64,000 nt of DNA, from assembly GCA_963681965.1 (NCBI GenBank), contig OY820579.1:2176001-2240000 (forward strand), in the 5' to 3' direction. The position numbers were made by a program, and so were the translations under genes. Under the pieces are notes generated by a model. The model worked only from the letters and a program-made list of their open reading frames with translations. It did no database searches and was not told the origin of the DNA. The DNA comes from a bacterium (GTDB taxonomy: Bacteria > Electryoneota > JAOADG01). Positions 30,683 to 40,625 of the stretch are shown here, piece by piece; the first letter of the stretch is position 1, and each line of letters opens with the position of its first letter.

Positions 30683-31263
30683 ATAGCGTAATTCCTTTTT
30701 TATTTGCAATTATTCAATACGCAATGATTTACTTCGGATTCTCCAAATATGGAATTGGTATTTTAGATTCTAACTCATGCTGGGTAATTTCAAATGGTTT
30801 GTTTTCATTTATCGGTTTTATTGCATACAGAAACCAAATCATGAAAGTATCATCTCTGGAGTCAAATCGAGGAAAAATTACTGATTTTACGATGAAAGGT
30901 CCGATTAGATCACTTTATGCATCGAACACTATGTTCACAATTGTCTTTGTGGGTATACTATTCAACATTAGTATTAATTACAGTTTCATTCTTTATTCTT
31001 CGTGGATATTATCTGGAATATATTTATACAATGTGATGCTTACATGGAGAAGTTATTCAAAAAAAAAGAATAGAAGATTAAAAAATGTGAAGTAAATAAC
31101 GAGAAACATCTAATTGTGAGAAGGAAGGTATTGAACTTTTTGACTTAAAAATTTCACAGACAGGAGTCGGACAAAAGTCCTGCCTCCAATCTGCCTTATC
31201 CCTCACTTTGTTTTCCCCTCTGAAAATTCGTAAGTTTCTCGGAATCATTGTGGAACAATCGAT

Positions 31264-32004
31264 ATGCCGAAAGCAGTCCCCTCTACCTCGCAGTACCGCC
31301 GGATATTACTAAAGCTCTCTGGCGAGGCGCTTGCCGGAACTTCCGGAAAAACCTTCGATCCCGCGATTTTGGCACAATTGTCGCGTGAAATCAAATCAGT
31401 CACCGACCTCGGTGTCCAAGTCGGCGTTGTCATCGGCGGTGGCAACATCTTCCGGGGTTCGAGTCAACTCGGTCAGGGTCTGGATCGTGTGCAAGGTGAT
31501 CACATGGGAATGCTGGCAACGGTGATCAATGCCCTCGCCCTGCAATCCAATTTCGAGAAAGTCGGCGTTCCAACCCGCGTCATGACCGCATTTCCGATCA
31601 CAACCGTCGCCGAACCCTTCATCCGGCGCAAGGCAATCCGCCACCTCGAAAAAGGGCGCGTCGTCGTTTTTGCGGGCGGCACCGGAAATCCTTATTTTAC
31701 GACCGATACCGCAGCAGCCTTGCGGGCAACTGAAATTGGCGCCGAAATCATTCTCAAAGCGACGCAGGTCGACGGGATCTATACCGACGATCCACACCGC
31801 AATCCGAACGCAATCCGGTTGCCGAAGATCACCTATCACGATGTCTTGGAAAAAGGGCTGCGGGTGATGGATTTGACCGCAATTACATTTGCGATGGACA
31901 ATCGCATACCGATCGGCGTCTTCAGTCTGCAACCGGAAGGGAATTTGTTGCGGGTCGTGAATGGCGAACCGATCGCCAGTTGGGTATCCGGAGGGGAAGA
32001 ATGA
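31264..32004 (+). CDS. pyrH: UMP kinase
   Basis: RILLKLSGEAL, GGGNIFRG, GMLATVIN, GTGNPYFTTD, VMDLTA. Confidence 0.99.
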   Translation: MPKAVPSTSQYRRILLKLSGEALAGTSGKTFDPAILAQLSREIKSVTDLGVQVGVVIGGGNIFRGSSQLGQGLDRVQGDHMGMLATVINALALQSNFEKVGVPTRVMTAFPITTVAEPFIRRKAIRHLEKGRVVVFAGGTGNPYFTTDTAAALRATEIGAEIILKATQVDGIYTDDPHRNPNAIRLPKITYHDVLEKGLRVMDLTAITFAMDNRIPIGVFSLQPEGNLLRVVNGEPIASWVSGGEE

Positions 32005-32567
32005 CAGTCGACGAACATTTAAAAGCATCCGAAGAGAAGATGAACAAATCGGTGGAAGTGCTGAAGCACGAATTCGCCGGATTGCGTACCGGTAAAGCCG
32101 CCGCAGCATTATTGGATCCGATCACCGTCGATGCCTATGGCACAGGGGCGTTCCTGCCGATTAAGCAGGTTGCCAATATCGCCACGCCCGACGCGCGCAC
32201 GATCACAATCCAGCCATTCGACAAATCGACTACCGCCAAGATCGAAAAAGCGATTTTGAAGAGCGATCTCGGCATTACCCCGATGAACGACGGCAATGTG
32301 ATCCGGCTGCAGATCCCGATGATGACCGAAGACCGGCGCAAGGATCTCGTCAAACACGCAAAGAAATTGACTGAGGACAATCGCGTCGCCATTCGCAATA
32401 TCCGTCGCGACACCAACGAGCACATCAAGAAGATGGAAAAATCGCACGAAATCCGCGAAGACGAATCGGGTCGCGCGCAGGAGAAACTGCAAAAGCAGAC
32501 CGATGCGCACATCAAGCTGGTCGACGATATGCTCGCGAAAAAAGAAAAAGAAATTATGGAAGTCTGA
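32001..32567 (+). CDS. frr: Ribosome recycling factor
   Basis: LRTGKA, QPFDK, SDLGITP.NDG, TEDRRKDLVK, RVAIRNIRRD, KKEKEIM. ATGA overlap with pyrH. Confidence 0.99.
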   Translation: MTVDEHLKASEEKMNKSVEVLKHEFAGLRTGKAAAALLDPITVDAYGTGAFLPIKQVANIATPDARTITIQPFDKSTTAKIEKAILKSDLGITPMNDGNVIRLQIPMMTEDRRKDLVKHAKKLTEDNRVAIRNIRRDTNEHIKKMEKSHEIREDESGRAQEKLQKQTDAHIKLVDDMLAKKEKEIMEV

Positions 32568-32648
32568 GTTTTTTTACTAGTTACGACAGACCTACCGGTC
32601 TGATTGGTTAAATTATTTAGCTGAACGCAAGAACATCAAGGAGATGTC

Positions 32649-32837
32649 ATGGCACACTTTATCAACGAAGATTGCATCAACTGCGGCGCATGCGAACCGG
32701 AATGCCCGACCACTTCGATTTCTCAAGGCGATATCTACGTGATCGACGCGGCTACCTGCAACGACTGCAGCGACAAGCCCGAAGGTCCGCACTGCGTGTC
32801 GGTTTGCCCGGTGGATTGCATCATTCACAAGGACTAA
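32649..32837 (+). CDS. 2[4Fe-4S] ferredoxin (YfhL-like)
   Basis: CINCGACEPECP and CNDC...HCVSVCPVDCI. AAGGAG RBS. Confidence 0.95.
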   Translation: MAHFINEDCINCGACEPECPTTSISQGDIYVIDAATCNDCSDKPEGPHCVSVCPVDCIIHKD

Positions 32838-32878
32838 TCGCCGTAGAATCGGATTCCGTGAATCCATTACCACTTTCA

Positions 32879-32904
32879 AAGGCGGGGCAACGGTGTCCCG
32901 CCTT
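32879..32904 (+). terminator. Hairpin, probable terminator
   Basis: aaggcggggca-acgg-tgtcccgcctt; the T tail is short. Confidence 0.5.
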
Positions 32905-32970
32905 CTACAACATTACCGATCCCAATTTATTCATAGTATGAAGTAACTGGAAGGTCGACCGAAGAAACCC

Positions 32971-35688
32971 ATGCCACCCCGTACTCGCATCCCGGCTCGC
33001 GTCCGCTCCGCGCATCAGGAACGCCTCGTCAACGACGGCGAAGACGATGCCGCAAAAAAAGAGAAGAAGCGCGATTTCACGCCGGCAATGGGTCAGTACC
33101 GCGAAATAAAACGGCGCTATCCCGATGCCATCGTGTTTTTCCGGATGGGCGATTTTTACGAAATGTTCTACGAAGATGCGCGGGTGGCGCATCAGGTGCT
33201 CGGTCTGACGCTTACCAAACGCGGTCAGGACAAATACGGCGACATCCCGCTTGCCGGATTCCCGCATCATCAGTTGGACAATTACCTTGCGAAGATGACC
33301 ACTGCCGGTCACAAAGTCGCCGTAGTCGATCAAATGGAAGATCCCCGGCTCGCGAAAGGGGTCGTTAAGCGCGATGTTACGCAAGTCGTCACGGCTGGAA
33401 CCGTCGTGCTCGACAGTGTCCTCGACGATAAAAACACCCATTGGCTCGCAGCCATCGCCTTCAGCGAAACCGCTGCCGGAATCGCGCTGCTCGAATCTGC
33501 CAGCGGCGATTTCGTCTGCTACGACATTCCTCCCGAACGACTGCGCAGCGAATTGTCTGCGGTCGCTCCCGCCGAACTGCTCTATCCGAAAAATCGCAAA
33601 GAGCAATTGCAGCGCCTGTTCGATGTATTGCCCGGAACGGTGCTCACGGCATTGGATGAATGGTTGTTCGAGGAGCAATTCGGTCGCGATTTACTCTGTC
33701 AGCATTTCAAAACGCTGTCGCTCAAAGGCTTTGGTATCGACGAATTGCCCGACGCAGTAGCGGCTGCGGGTGCGGCGCTGCACTATCTCAAACTATCTCA
33801 GTTGGGTGTTGCCGAACAGATCACCGGCATCCATCGCGGTCATCCCGAACGGGTGATGTTGCTCGACCGCGCGACTATTCGACATTTGGAATTGATCGAA
33901 TCGTCGGAATCGGCACGGAATGCGCTCTCGCTATTCCAAGTCCTCGATCGCAATCACACCCCGATGGGGAGTCGATTACTCCGCCGGCGATTGCTCGGAC
34001 CGTTGCTGAATCACGAGGATATCGATCGCCGTCTCGATCAAGTTGATTTACTTATGCAGCCCGAATTATTGAAATCGGTGCAGGATAAACTTGATGGCGT
34101 CGGCGATTTACACCGCAGTGCGGGGAGGATGGCATCGGGACGCGGCAATCCGCGCGATGCCGGTGTCGTACGTCAAGCACTCTTGCGCATTCCCGAAGTA
34201 TTCGATGCCGTATCGCAACACGAAGCCTTTGCGGCATGCAATACATTGGATCGGTGCGATGCATTACGCGAGTTATTGGATCGCGCGCTCAATGAGCGAT
34301 TGCCACTCGGTCTGACTGAAGGCGGCGTCATTCGCACCGGTTTCGATGACGAATTGGATCGCTTGCGCGCGCTGTCGGGACAAGGTCGCGACGCACTCGC
34401 GAAATTCCAACTTGGCGAACGCGAACGCACCGGCATCCCGACATTGAGTGTCGCTTACAACCGGGTCTACGGATATTACATCGAAATTTCCAAAGCGGCT
34501 TCAGCGTATGCACCGGAGAATTATCAACGCATTCAATCGCTGGTCAATGCCGAACGCTACAAAACGCCAGAACTGCAGCAATTCGAAGATGAAGTGCTTC
34601 ACGCCGAAGACAAGGCGATCGATCGCGAAGCAAACTTGTTCGCCGAATTGCGCCAGCAGATCGGCAATCTTCATGCGAAATTGTTGGATCTCGGCGATGC
34701 GATTGCCGAGATCGATGTTGCTGCCGGTCTGGCGAGTGTCGCTTTGGAATACAATTACCACCGACCGGTAGTCGATCAATCGACAATCTTGCATTTAACC
34801 AATGCACGGCACCCGGTTTTGGAGCGGATGACCGATCGGTCACAGGAATTTGTTCCGAATGACATTGATCTGAATGATGAAATCCGGTTGCTGCTGGTGA
34901 CCGGTCCGAATATGGCAGGTAAGTCGACCTATCTGCGAACGGTCGGTCTGAATGTCCTGATGGCGCAATGTGGATCGTTTGTTCCTGCCGAATCGGCGCG
35001 AATCGGTATCGTCGACCGGTTGTTCACTCGAATTGGTGCCGCCGATCATCTTGCGCTAGGCGAATCGACCTTTATGGTGGAAATGACCGAGGCATCTTAC
35101 TTGGTGAACAATTCCACCTCCCGGAGTTTGATTCTTTTGGATGAAGTAGGACGAGGTACTTCGACTTTCGATGGATTGGCAATCGCCTGGGCAATGGTTG
35201 AACGATTGGCTACAAAGCCCGACCCGTCGCCCCGGACACTATTTGCCACGCATTATCATGAATTAACCGTGTTGGAAGAGCATTTCCCGGCGGTTCAGAA
35301 TTGGAATGTTTTGGTGAAGGAAGCAGGAGAAAATATCTTGTTCCTACGTAAAATAGTGAAAGGACCCTGCGACAAATCGTACGGTATCCACGTTGCCCGG
35401 ATGGCAGGAATGCCACCGGATGTGGTTCTGCGTGCGGAAGAAGTGCTGGAACTCCTGCAAAAAGGTGCACTTGCACCGGAATCTGCCGCCCGGTTGGCAC
35501 AGCAACGAAAAAAGCTGGTCGCGTCGTCACAGCTTTCACTATTCGATGTAAATGATGTAACATTAAGGAATGAACTGAAAGGAGTCGATCCTGATTCATT
35601 GACACCGCTTCAAGCATTGCAGCAGCTACATGATTGGAAACAGCGGTTTTCTCCCGGTCAAACCGATAGAAAACCGAATGATAAGTGA
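32971..35688 (+). CDS. mutS: DNA mismatch repair protein MutS
   Basis: TPAMGQY, FRMGDFYEMF, TGPNMAGKSTY, ESTFMVEM, LDEVGRGTST, FATHYHEL, SYGIHVA. Confidence 0.99.
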   Translation: MPPRTRIPARVRSAHQERLVNDGEDDAAKKEKKRDFTPAMGQYREIKRRYPDAIVFFRMGDFYEMFYEDARVAHQVLGLTLTKRGQDKYGDIPLAGFPHHQLDNYLAKMTTAGHKVAVVDQMEDPRLAKGVVKRDVTQVVTAGTVVLDSVLDDKNTHWLAAIAFSETAAGIALLESASGDFVCYDIPPERLRSELSAVAPAELLYPKNRKEQLQRLFDVLPGTVLTALDEWLFEEQFGRDLLCQHFKTLSLKGFGIDELPDAVAAAGAALHYLKLSQLGVAEQITGIHRGHPERVMLLDRATIRHLELIESSESARNALSLFQVLDRNHTPMGSRLLRRRLLGPLLNHEDIDRRLDQVDLLMQPELLKSVQDKLDGVGDLHRSAGRMASGRGNPRDAGVVRQALLRIPEVFDAVSQHEAFAACNTLDRCDALRELLDRALNERLPLGLTEGGVIRTGFDDELDRLRALSGQGRDALAKFQLGERERTGIPTLSVAYNRVYGYYIEISKAASAYAPENYQRIQSLVNAERYKTPELQQFEDEVLHAEDKAIDREANLFAELRQQIGNLHAKLLDLGDAIAEIDVAAGLASVALEYNYHRPVVDQSTILHLTNARHPVLERMTDRSQEFVPNDIDLNDEIRLLLVTGPNMAGKSTYLRTVGLNVLMAQCGSFVPAESARIGIVDRLFTRIGAADHLALGESTFMVEMTEASYLVNNSTSRSLILLDEVGRGTSTFDGLAIAWAMVERLATKPDPSPRTLFATHYHELTVLEEHFPAVQNWNVLVKEAGENILFLRKIVKGPCDKSYGIHVARMAGMPPDVVLRAEEVLELLQKGALAPESAARLAQQRKKLVASSQLSLFDVNDVTLRNELKGVDPDSLTPLQALQQLHDWKQRFSPGQTDRKPNDK

Positions 35689-36653
35689 CGAAGCGGAGGA
35701 ATCCGGTGATTCGAAAAATTGGTTTGCGTAAGCTTTTGGTCTTACTTTGCTGTGGGCTGATTGTCCTGACAGTCAGTGCTGCGGAACGCTACGCCGGTGA
35801 ATTTCTACTGGCGGTAGAATCTCCACGCGCGCGTGCGATGGGAGGAATCGGCGCCCTGTTACCGGGCGGCGGATTTGCTGTTGCGCGCAATCCGGCATGG
35901 CTGGCGGACATTCCGTCAGTCGATGTTTCGTTGTTGCATACCGACCGGTTTGCCGGAATCGTGCGCAACGATTTTGTCGGTGTCGCGTCGCCGGGAAAGA
36001 ACGGTGGTGTTGGTTTTGCGCTCTATCGTACGGGTGTGGAAAACATCCCGTATACCCGATTGATCGACCCGTCGTTGCCGCAATCCGGCGCGAACCGGGT
36101 TATTGTCGATCGTTACGAATCGGATCAGGAATGGGCTGGTTGGGTCGGAATCGGTCGCAAATTCAACGAGCAATGGCAATACGGAGCATCGCTTAAACCG
36201 ATTTGGAAACAATTGGGCGGAGGTACCGCCATCGGTTTCGGCTGTGATGCCGGCGTTGTTTATCGCCCGCTGAAGCAAGTGACGACTGCATTGGCGGTTT
36301 CGGATCTGGTCACGTCGCCCTTGCGCTGGAATACGTCGCGCTCCGAATTGATTAAACCACGGCTCCAAGCTGGTGCGACGTACGGTTTTTCCAACAAGCG
36401 GATGCATGCGGAGATCCTGCTCGCAGGTGCTGTCGAAGTCCGGAGTGACGAAGGGGGATCGAACCTCTTATCCGGGCATGGTGGTGTGGAATATGTCATT
36501 GATAAAGTAGTTGCCCTCCGTGGTGGCTACGACAAGGATCGACCGGTGTTCGGTGCCGGAATTAAAACCCACCGGGTCGATTTCGATTACGCCTATCGCG
36601 ATGAGCCATTAGGCGTAGTACACATGATCGGTGTGAATTACCGCATCGATTGA
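35685..36653 (+). CDS. PorV/PorQ-family outer-membrane beta-barrel (T9SS accessory)
   Basis: Signal peptide, YAGEFL..SPRARAMGG...NPA, alternating beta-strands, GVEY...ALRGG, FGAG, DYAY. Confidence 0.75.
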   Translation: MTKRRNPVIRKIGLRKLLVLLCCGLIVLTVSAAERYAGEFLLAVESPRARAMGGIGALLPGGGFAVARNPAWLADIPSVDVSLLHTDRFAGIVRNDFVGVASPGKNGGVGFALYRTGVENIPYTRLIDPSLPQSGANRVIVDRYESDQEWAGWVGIGRKFNEQWQYGASLKPIWKQLGGGTAIGFGCDAGVVYRPLKQVTTALAVSDLVTSPLRWNTSRSELIKPRLQAGATYGFSNKRMHAEILLAGAVEVRSDEGGSNLLSGHGGVEYVIDKVVALRGGYDKDRPVFGAGIKTHRVDFDYAYRDEPLGVVHMIGVNYRID

Positions 36654-36672
36654 ACGACTGAGATCGGAAAAT

Positions 36673-37551
36673 ATGATCGTTAGTATGACCGGGTATGGTC
36701 GCGGAGAAGCGAGTTCCAGTACCCGAAAAATCATTGTCGAATTACGCAGCATCAACAGCCGCTACTTGGAATTATCCCTGCGTATGCCTCCGGCACTGCA
36801 ACAATTCGAACTGGATGTTCGCGAAACCGTTCGGAAACGCATCAGTCGTGGCAAATTGGCGTTGAATGTTAGCGAGAGCGGCGCCGACGGTACGTTGATG
36901 CCCTTGGAATTGAATTCGGCAGCGGTGATCAATTTGGCGCAACAACTGCGAACAGTTGCCGGTGCCGCGGGTCTGGGGAATCCGACTCTGCGCGATGTGC
37001 TCTATTTTCACGACTGGCTCATGGCTGGCAACGATCCTGAACAGAATGAAGCGAATAAATCGATCTTGATTAAAGCCGTCGACAACGCTTTGACATCGCT
37101 CGAAACGATGCGTAACGACGAAGGAAAAGCGCTGGCTGCCGATTTCGAAGACAATCTTCGAAAAGTCGATGAAATCGTTACCGAGATCGAGTTGCTGGCA
37201 AAGGGCAATTCGGAAATTCAGCGCAAGAAATTGGAAACCCGCTTGACCGATGCCGGTCTATCGCCATCGCTGATCGATCCGATGCGCTTGACATCCGAAG
37301 TCGCATTGCTGGTCGATCGACAAGATATTTCCGAAGAGATCGTCCGGTTGCGAAGTCATGTCGAGCTGTTTCGGCAGAGCACCAGCGACAAAGGGGCTGC
37401 CGGAAAACGACTCAATTTCTTGACTCAGGAAATGCATCGCGAAGCGAATACGATCGCATCGAAATCGGCGCAAGTCGAACTGGTGCACCTGTCGGTGAAG
37501 TTGCGCGAGATTATCGAAATTCTGCGGGAGCAAGTGCAGAATGTCGAATAA
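36673..37551 (+). CDS. yicC: YicC/YloC family endoribonuclease
   Basis: SMTGYG, ELRSINSRYL, DISEEIVRL, GKRLNFLTQEMHREANT, REQVQNVE. Confidence 0.95.
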   Translation: MIVSMTGYGRGEASSSTRKIIVELRSINSRYLELSLRMPPALQQFELDVRETVRKRISRGKLALNVSESGADGTLMPLELNSAAVINLAQQLRTVAGAAGLGNPTLRDVLYFHDWLMAGNDPEQNEANKSILIKAVDNALTSLETMRNDEGKALAADFEDNLRKVDEIVTEIELLAKGNSEIQRKKLETRLTDAGLSPSLIDPMRLTSEVALLVDRQDISEEIVRLRSHVELFRQSTSDKGAAGKRLNFLTQEMHREANTIASKSAQVELVHLSVKLREIIEILREQVQNVE

Positions 37552-38119
37552 TGCAACGAAAGCGGTGATACTATCCTCTCCATCGGGGGGAGGAAAATCG
37601 ACCATCATCAATTTGCTATTGGCGGCTCGACCCAATTTTCGCCATTCGGTATCGGCAACGACGCGCGATCCGCGACCGCAAGAAGTCGATGGTCGCGAGT
37701 ATTCGTTTATCACCAAAGAAGCGTTTCAGGATTTGATTACCCGTCAGGCATTGGCAGAATGGGCTCTTGTACACAAAGAATGGTACGGTACACCCATCGG
37801 ACAACTGGCGCAATTGCAACAACAAGGGTTCGATATTCTCTTCGATCTCGATGTCGTTGGTACCGCAACCATGAAAAAACGCTGGTCGTCGATTCTAACA
37901 ATTTATTTATTGCCACCGTCGCGTGAAGAGTTGGAAAATCGTTTGCGATTGCGCAAATCGGAAACTGAGGCACATATCCAGTACCGTTTGCAACGCTTCG
38001 ATATGGAACAGAAAGCGGCTGCGCGTTACGATTTTCGGATCATCAACGATAAACTGGACGATACTGTTGCCGAAGTAACGCGCTGTATCGATGACTGGCA
38101 ATCGCTTACGGAATTTTAA
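37541..38119 (+). CDS. gmk: Guanylate kinase
   Basis: SSPSGGGKST, SVSATTRDPR..EVDGREY, WYGT, LPPS.EELENRL. Confidence 0.97.
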   Translation: MSNNATKAVILSSPSGGGKSTIINLLLAARPNFRHSVSATTRDPRPQEVDGREYSFITKEAFQDLITRQALAEWALVHKEWYGTPIGQLAQLQQQGFDILFDLDVVGTATMKKRWSSILTIYLLPPSREELENRLRLRKSETEAHIQYRLQRFDMEQKAAARYDFRIINDKLDDTVAEVTRCIDDWQSLTEF

Positions 38120-38177
38120 TTTTTTTAATGAGACCGCTGCATGAAGCAGCAATCCAATTTGTAAGGAAATCCACCCA

Positions 38178-38576
38178 ATGGATGAACGTCTGTTGTATTC
38201 TCAGGAAGAGTTGTTGGCACGTTTCGATTCACTCTATGAAGCGATTATGGTATTATCGATTCGCGCCCGGCAAATCGGCAACAATCAGCTCGAAGCAATC
38301 ACTGCGTTGCAGAAGCAATATGCTACCGTCGATGTTTCGCGCGAAAATCTGGTCGACGACGAATTCGATTTGTCGGAACCACGTGACCCGATCGAGTTAC
38401 CTAAGTTTATGAAGCCGACCGTTGCCGCAATTCGCGAAGCGATGGAGAATAGAATCGAGTGGAGCTATGTCGAACTGAAGACGGAAGAAGAAGTGTATCC
38501 TTCTTTCACTGTTTCCGAAGAGGAAATCGGCAAAGCGACCCGGGCAAAAGTCGAACGAAAGCGTGCCGCCGAGTAA
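38178..38576 (+). CDS. rpoZ: RNA polymerase omega subunit
   Basis: SLYEAIMVLSIRARQI...KPTVAAIRE; canonical gmk-rpoZ-coaBC position. Confidence 0.85.
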   Translation: MDERLLYSQEELLARFDSLYEAIMVLSIRARQIGNNQLEAITALQKQYATVDVSRENLVDDEFDLSEPRDPIELPKFMKPTVAAIREAMENRIEWSYVELKTEEEVYPSFTVSEEEIGKATRAKVERKRAAE

Positions 38577-38588
38577 CACGATCCGATC

Positions 38589-39809
38589 ATGACGACGCTT
38601 AACGGAAAACGAATTCTGGTTGGCATTACCGGCGGAATCGCAGTCTACAAGACTTGCGAGCTGATCCGATTATTGGTTAAAGCCGGTGCCGAAGTTCGCG
38701 TCGTCGCTACCGCGAATGCGATGGAATTCATCACTCGCGTTACACTCGAAACGCTCTCGCGCAATACTCTCGAATTATCTTCGTTTCCGAATGATGGCAA
38801 AGCCGATCCTCGACATATCACCCTCGCACGCTGGGCGGATTTATTCGTCGTCGCTCCGGCATCGGCAAATCTGCTGGCGAAATATCGCTGCGGTATCGCC
38901 GATGATCTGCTGACCACGTCGCTAATGGCATACACTGGTAAAGTGCTCATCGCTCCGGCGATGAATACTGCGATGTGGGAACAACCGGCTACTCAGGAAA
39001 ATGTGTCGGTTCTGAAACAGCGCGGTGTCGGTTTCGTCGGTCCCGAATTCGGATTTATGGCGGCGGCAAACGAGCAGATCGGTGCCGGTCGAATGACAGA
39101 ACCGGGCGATCTGTTTGTTTCGATTAACCGTTCGCTATATGCCGATACGAGTTTACACGATGTACCGGTCTTGATTGTTGCCGGTCCGACCAGCGAACCG
39201 ATCGATGCGGTACGCTACATCTCGAATCGCTCCACCGGAACTTTGGGAATTCTCCTTGCCGAATGCTTTACTCGAACCGGTGCGAAAGTAAAATTGTTGC
39301 TCGGCGATACCCCCCTGCAGGCACCCTACGGCATCGATTGCGAACGCTTCGATACCGTCGCTTCACTTGATTCAAAGCTCAAAGAACACCTTGCCAATCA
39401 TCGCGTGTGGGTCATGGCGGCTGCCGTATCGGATCGCAAACCGGTAGCGGGATCGAGTACCAGAAAAATCAAGAAGACCTATTTGGGCGATGCGCTTCCA
39501 TGGGAACCGACGCCGGATCTGCTGGCGCGGTACGCCGTGAGCAAGACCAATGCGCAATATGTTGTCGGGTTCGCACTCGAAGACAGTTGGGTCGTCGAAG
39601 AAGCGCAGCGCAAATTGTCGCAAAAGCATGTCGATCTATTGGTCTGGAACAACCCGTTGACGTCTCAAACCGGATTTGGTTCTGCCAATCTGGAAGCGCG
39701 TTTAATCGAGCTACACCAAATTCAAGATCTCGGTATCGTTTCGCGTACCGAATTAGCCGATAAAATTGTTGCAACGACGATTGATCGGTTTCGAGGAAGA
39801 GGAATGTAA
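38589..39809 (+). CDS. coaBC: Phosphopantothenoylcysteine decarboxylase/ligase
   Basis: GITGGIAVYK, APASAN, PAMNTAMW, GPT.EPIDAVRYISNRSTG, AAVSD, VGFALE. Confidence 0.97.
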   Translation: MTTLNGKRILVGITGGIAVYKTCELIRLLVKAGAEVRVVATANAMEFITRVTLETLSRNTLELSSFPNDGKADPRHITLARWADLFVVAPASANLLAKYRCGIADDLLTTSLMAYTGKVLIAPAMNTAMWEQPATQENVSVLKQRGVGFVGPEFGFMAAANEQIGAGRMTEPGDLFVSINRSLYADTSLHDVPVLIVAGPTSEPIDAVRYISNRSTGTLGILLAECFTRTGAKVKLLLGDTPLQAPYGIDCERFDTVASLDSKLKEHLANHRVWVMAAAVSDRKPVAGSSTRKIKKTYLGDALPWEPTPDLLARYAVSKTNAQYVVGFALEDSWVVEEAQRKLSQKHVDLLVWNNPLTSQTGFGSANLEARLIELHQIQDLGIVSRTELADKIVATTIDRFRGRGM

Positions 39810-39812
39810 TCC

Positions 39813-40625
39813 ATGGAAGAGTTGAAAAGGTTCCTGCGTCAGCGCATCGAACTGGATGAAATGTGGATTCTTCCGACGCCCCTCTCGCAGGGGCGTTGCT
39901 CACCCGAACCAACTACTGTGGAACCCGTGAAAAGAACACCGAAAACAGCACAATCTTCCCCGGCTGCTATACCGGCAGAGCAAACCGAACTCGTTGTCTA
40001 TAGCTCCGACGAAGCGAAATATTGCGAACTGAATCAATACACCACGCTGGACGAATTGCAGTCGGGTATCTGCGATTGTATGCGCTGTCCATTGGGACGC
40101 ACCCGAAATAAATTCGTATTCGGTATCGGATCGCAAACCACCGATCTGATGTTCATTGGCGAAGCGCCCGGTGCCGACGAAGACATGCAGGGCTTCCCGT
40201 TCGTCGGACGCGCCGGTCAGTTGCTGACCGAGATGATGACCGAAGCCGGTATCGTACGTGACGACGTCTATATCTGCAATGTGTTGAAATGTCGACCGCC
40301 GAATAATCGCGATCCCGAACCACAGGAAGTTTCCGTTTGCGAAGGGTATCTCCATCGGCAAATCGAATTAATCCAACCGAAATTGCTGGTCGCGCTGGGA
40401 CGGATCGCCGCGCAGACATTGCTTCGAAAGCCTAATGTGGCAATGGGAGTGCTGAAGACGCAGGAACATTCTTATCGGGGTGTACCGTTGATGGTGGTCT
40501 ATCACCCGGCTTACACGATCCGAAATATTCCGAAATTGAAACCGGAAGCAATTGCCGATTTAATTCTTGTACGCGATCGCTTGATCGAATTGGGTGGTGT
40601 ACGCGGTATTGCAGTGAGTGAATAA
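39813..40625 (+). CDS. Uracil-DNA glycosylase, family 4 (Fe-S)
   Basis: [38 protein letters not shown]. Confidence 0.95.
   Translation: MEELKRFLRQRIELDEMWILPTPLSQGRCSPEPTTVEPVKRTPKTAQSSPAAIPAEQTELVVYSSDEAKYCELNQYTTLDELQSGICDCMRCPLGRTRNKFVFGIGSQTTDLMFIGEAPGADEDMQGFPFVGRAGQLLTEMMTEAGIVRDDVYICNVLKCRPPNNRDPEPQEVSVCEGYLHRQIELIQPKLLVALGRIAAQTLLRKPNVAMGVLKTQEHSYRGVPLMVVYHPAYTIRNIPKLKPEAIADLILVRDRLIELGGVRGIAVSE

Larger units (their letters stand above)
29213..31095 (+). pseudogene. AT-rich multi-pass membrane protein (219 aa if repaired) disrupted by an IS5-family insertion
   Basis: 29213-29464 (84 codons, ...WRVDFIDS) joins in frame to 30688-31095 (VIPFLFAIIQY...) when the IS and one ATAGC copy are removed. 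Confidence 0.85.

Noticed and set aside
31396-33678. Long antisense ORFs (237 aa and 257 aa), also 22598..23257 and 17306..17935
   Set aside because: They shadow well-conserved genes (pyrH/frr, mutS, ruvA, the NMO-family gene) and are explained by codon bias on the coding strand.
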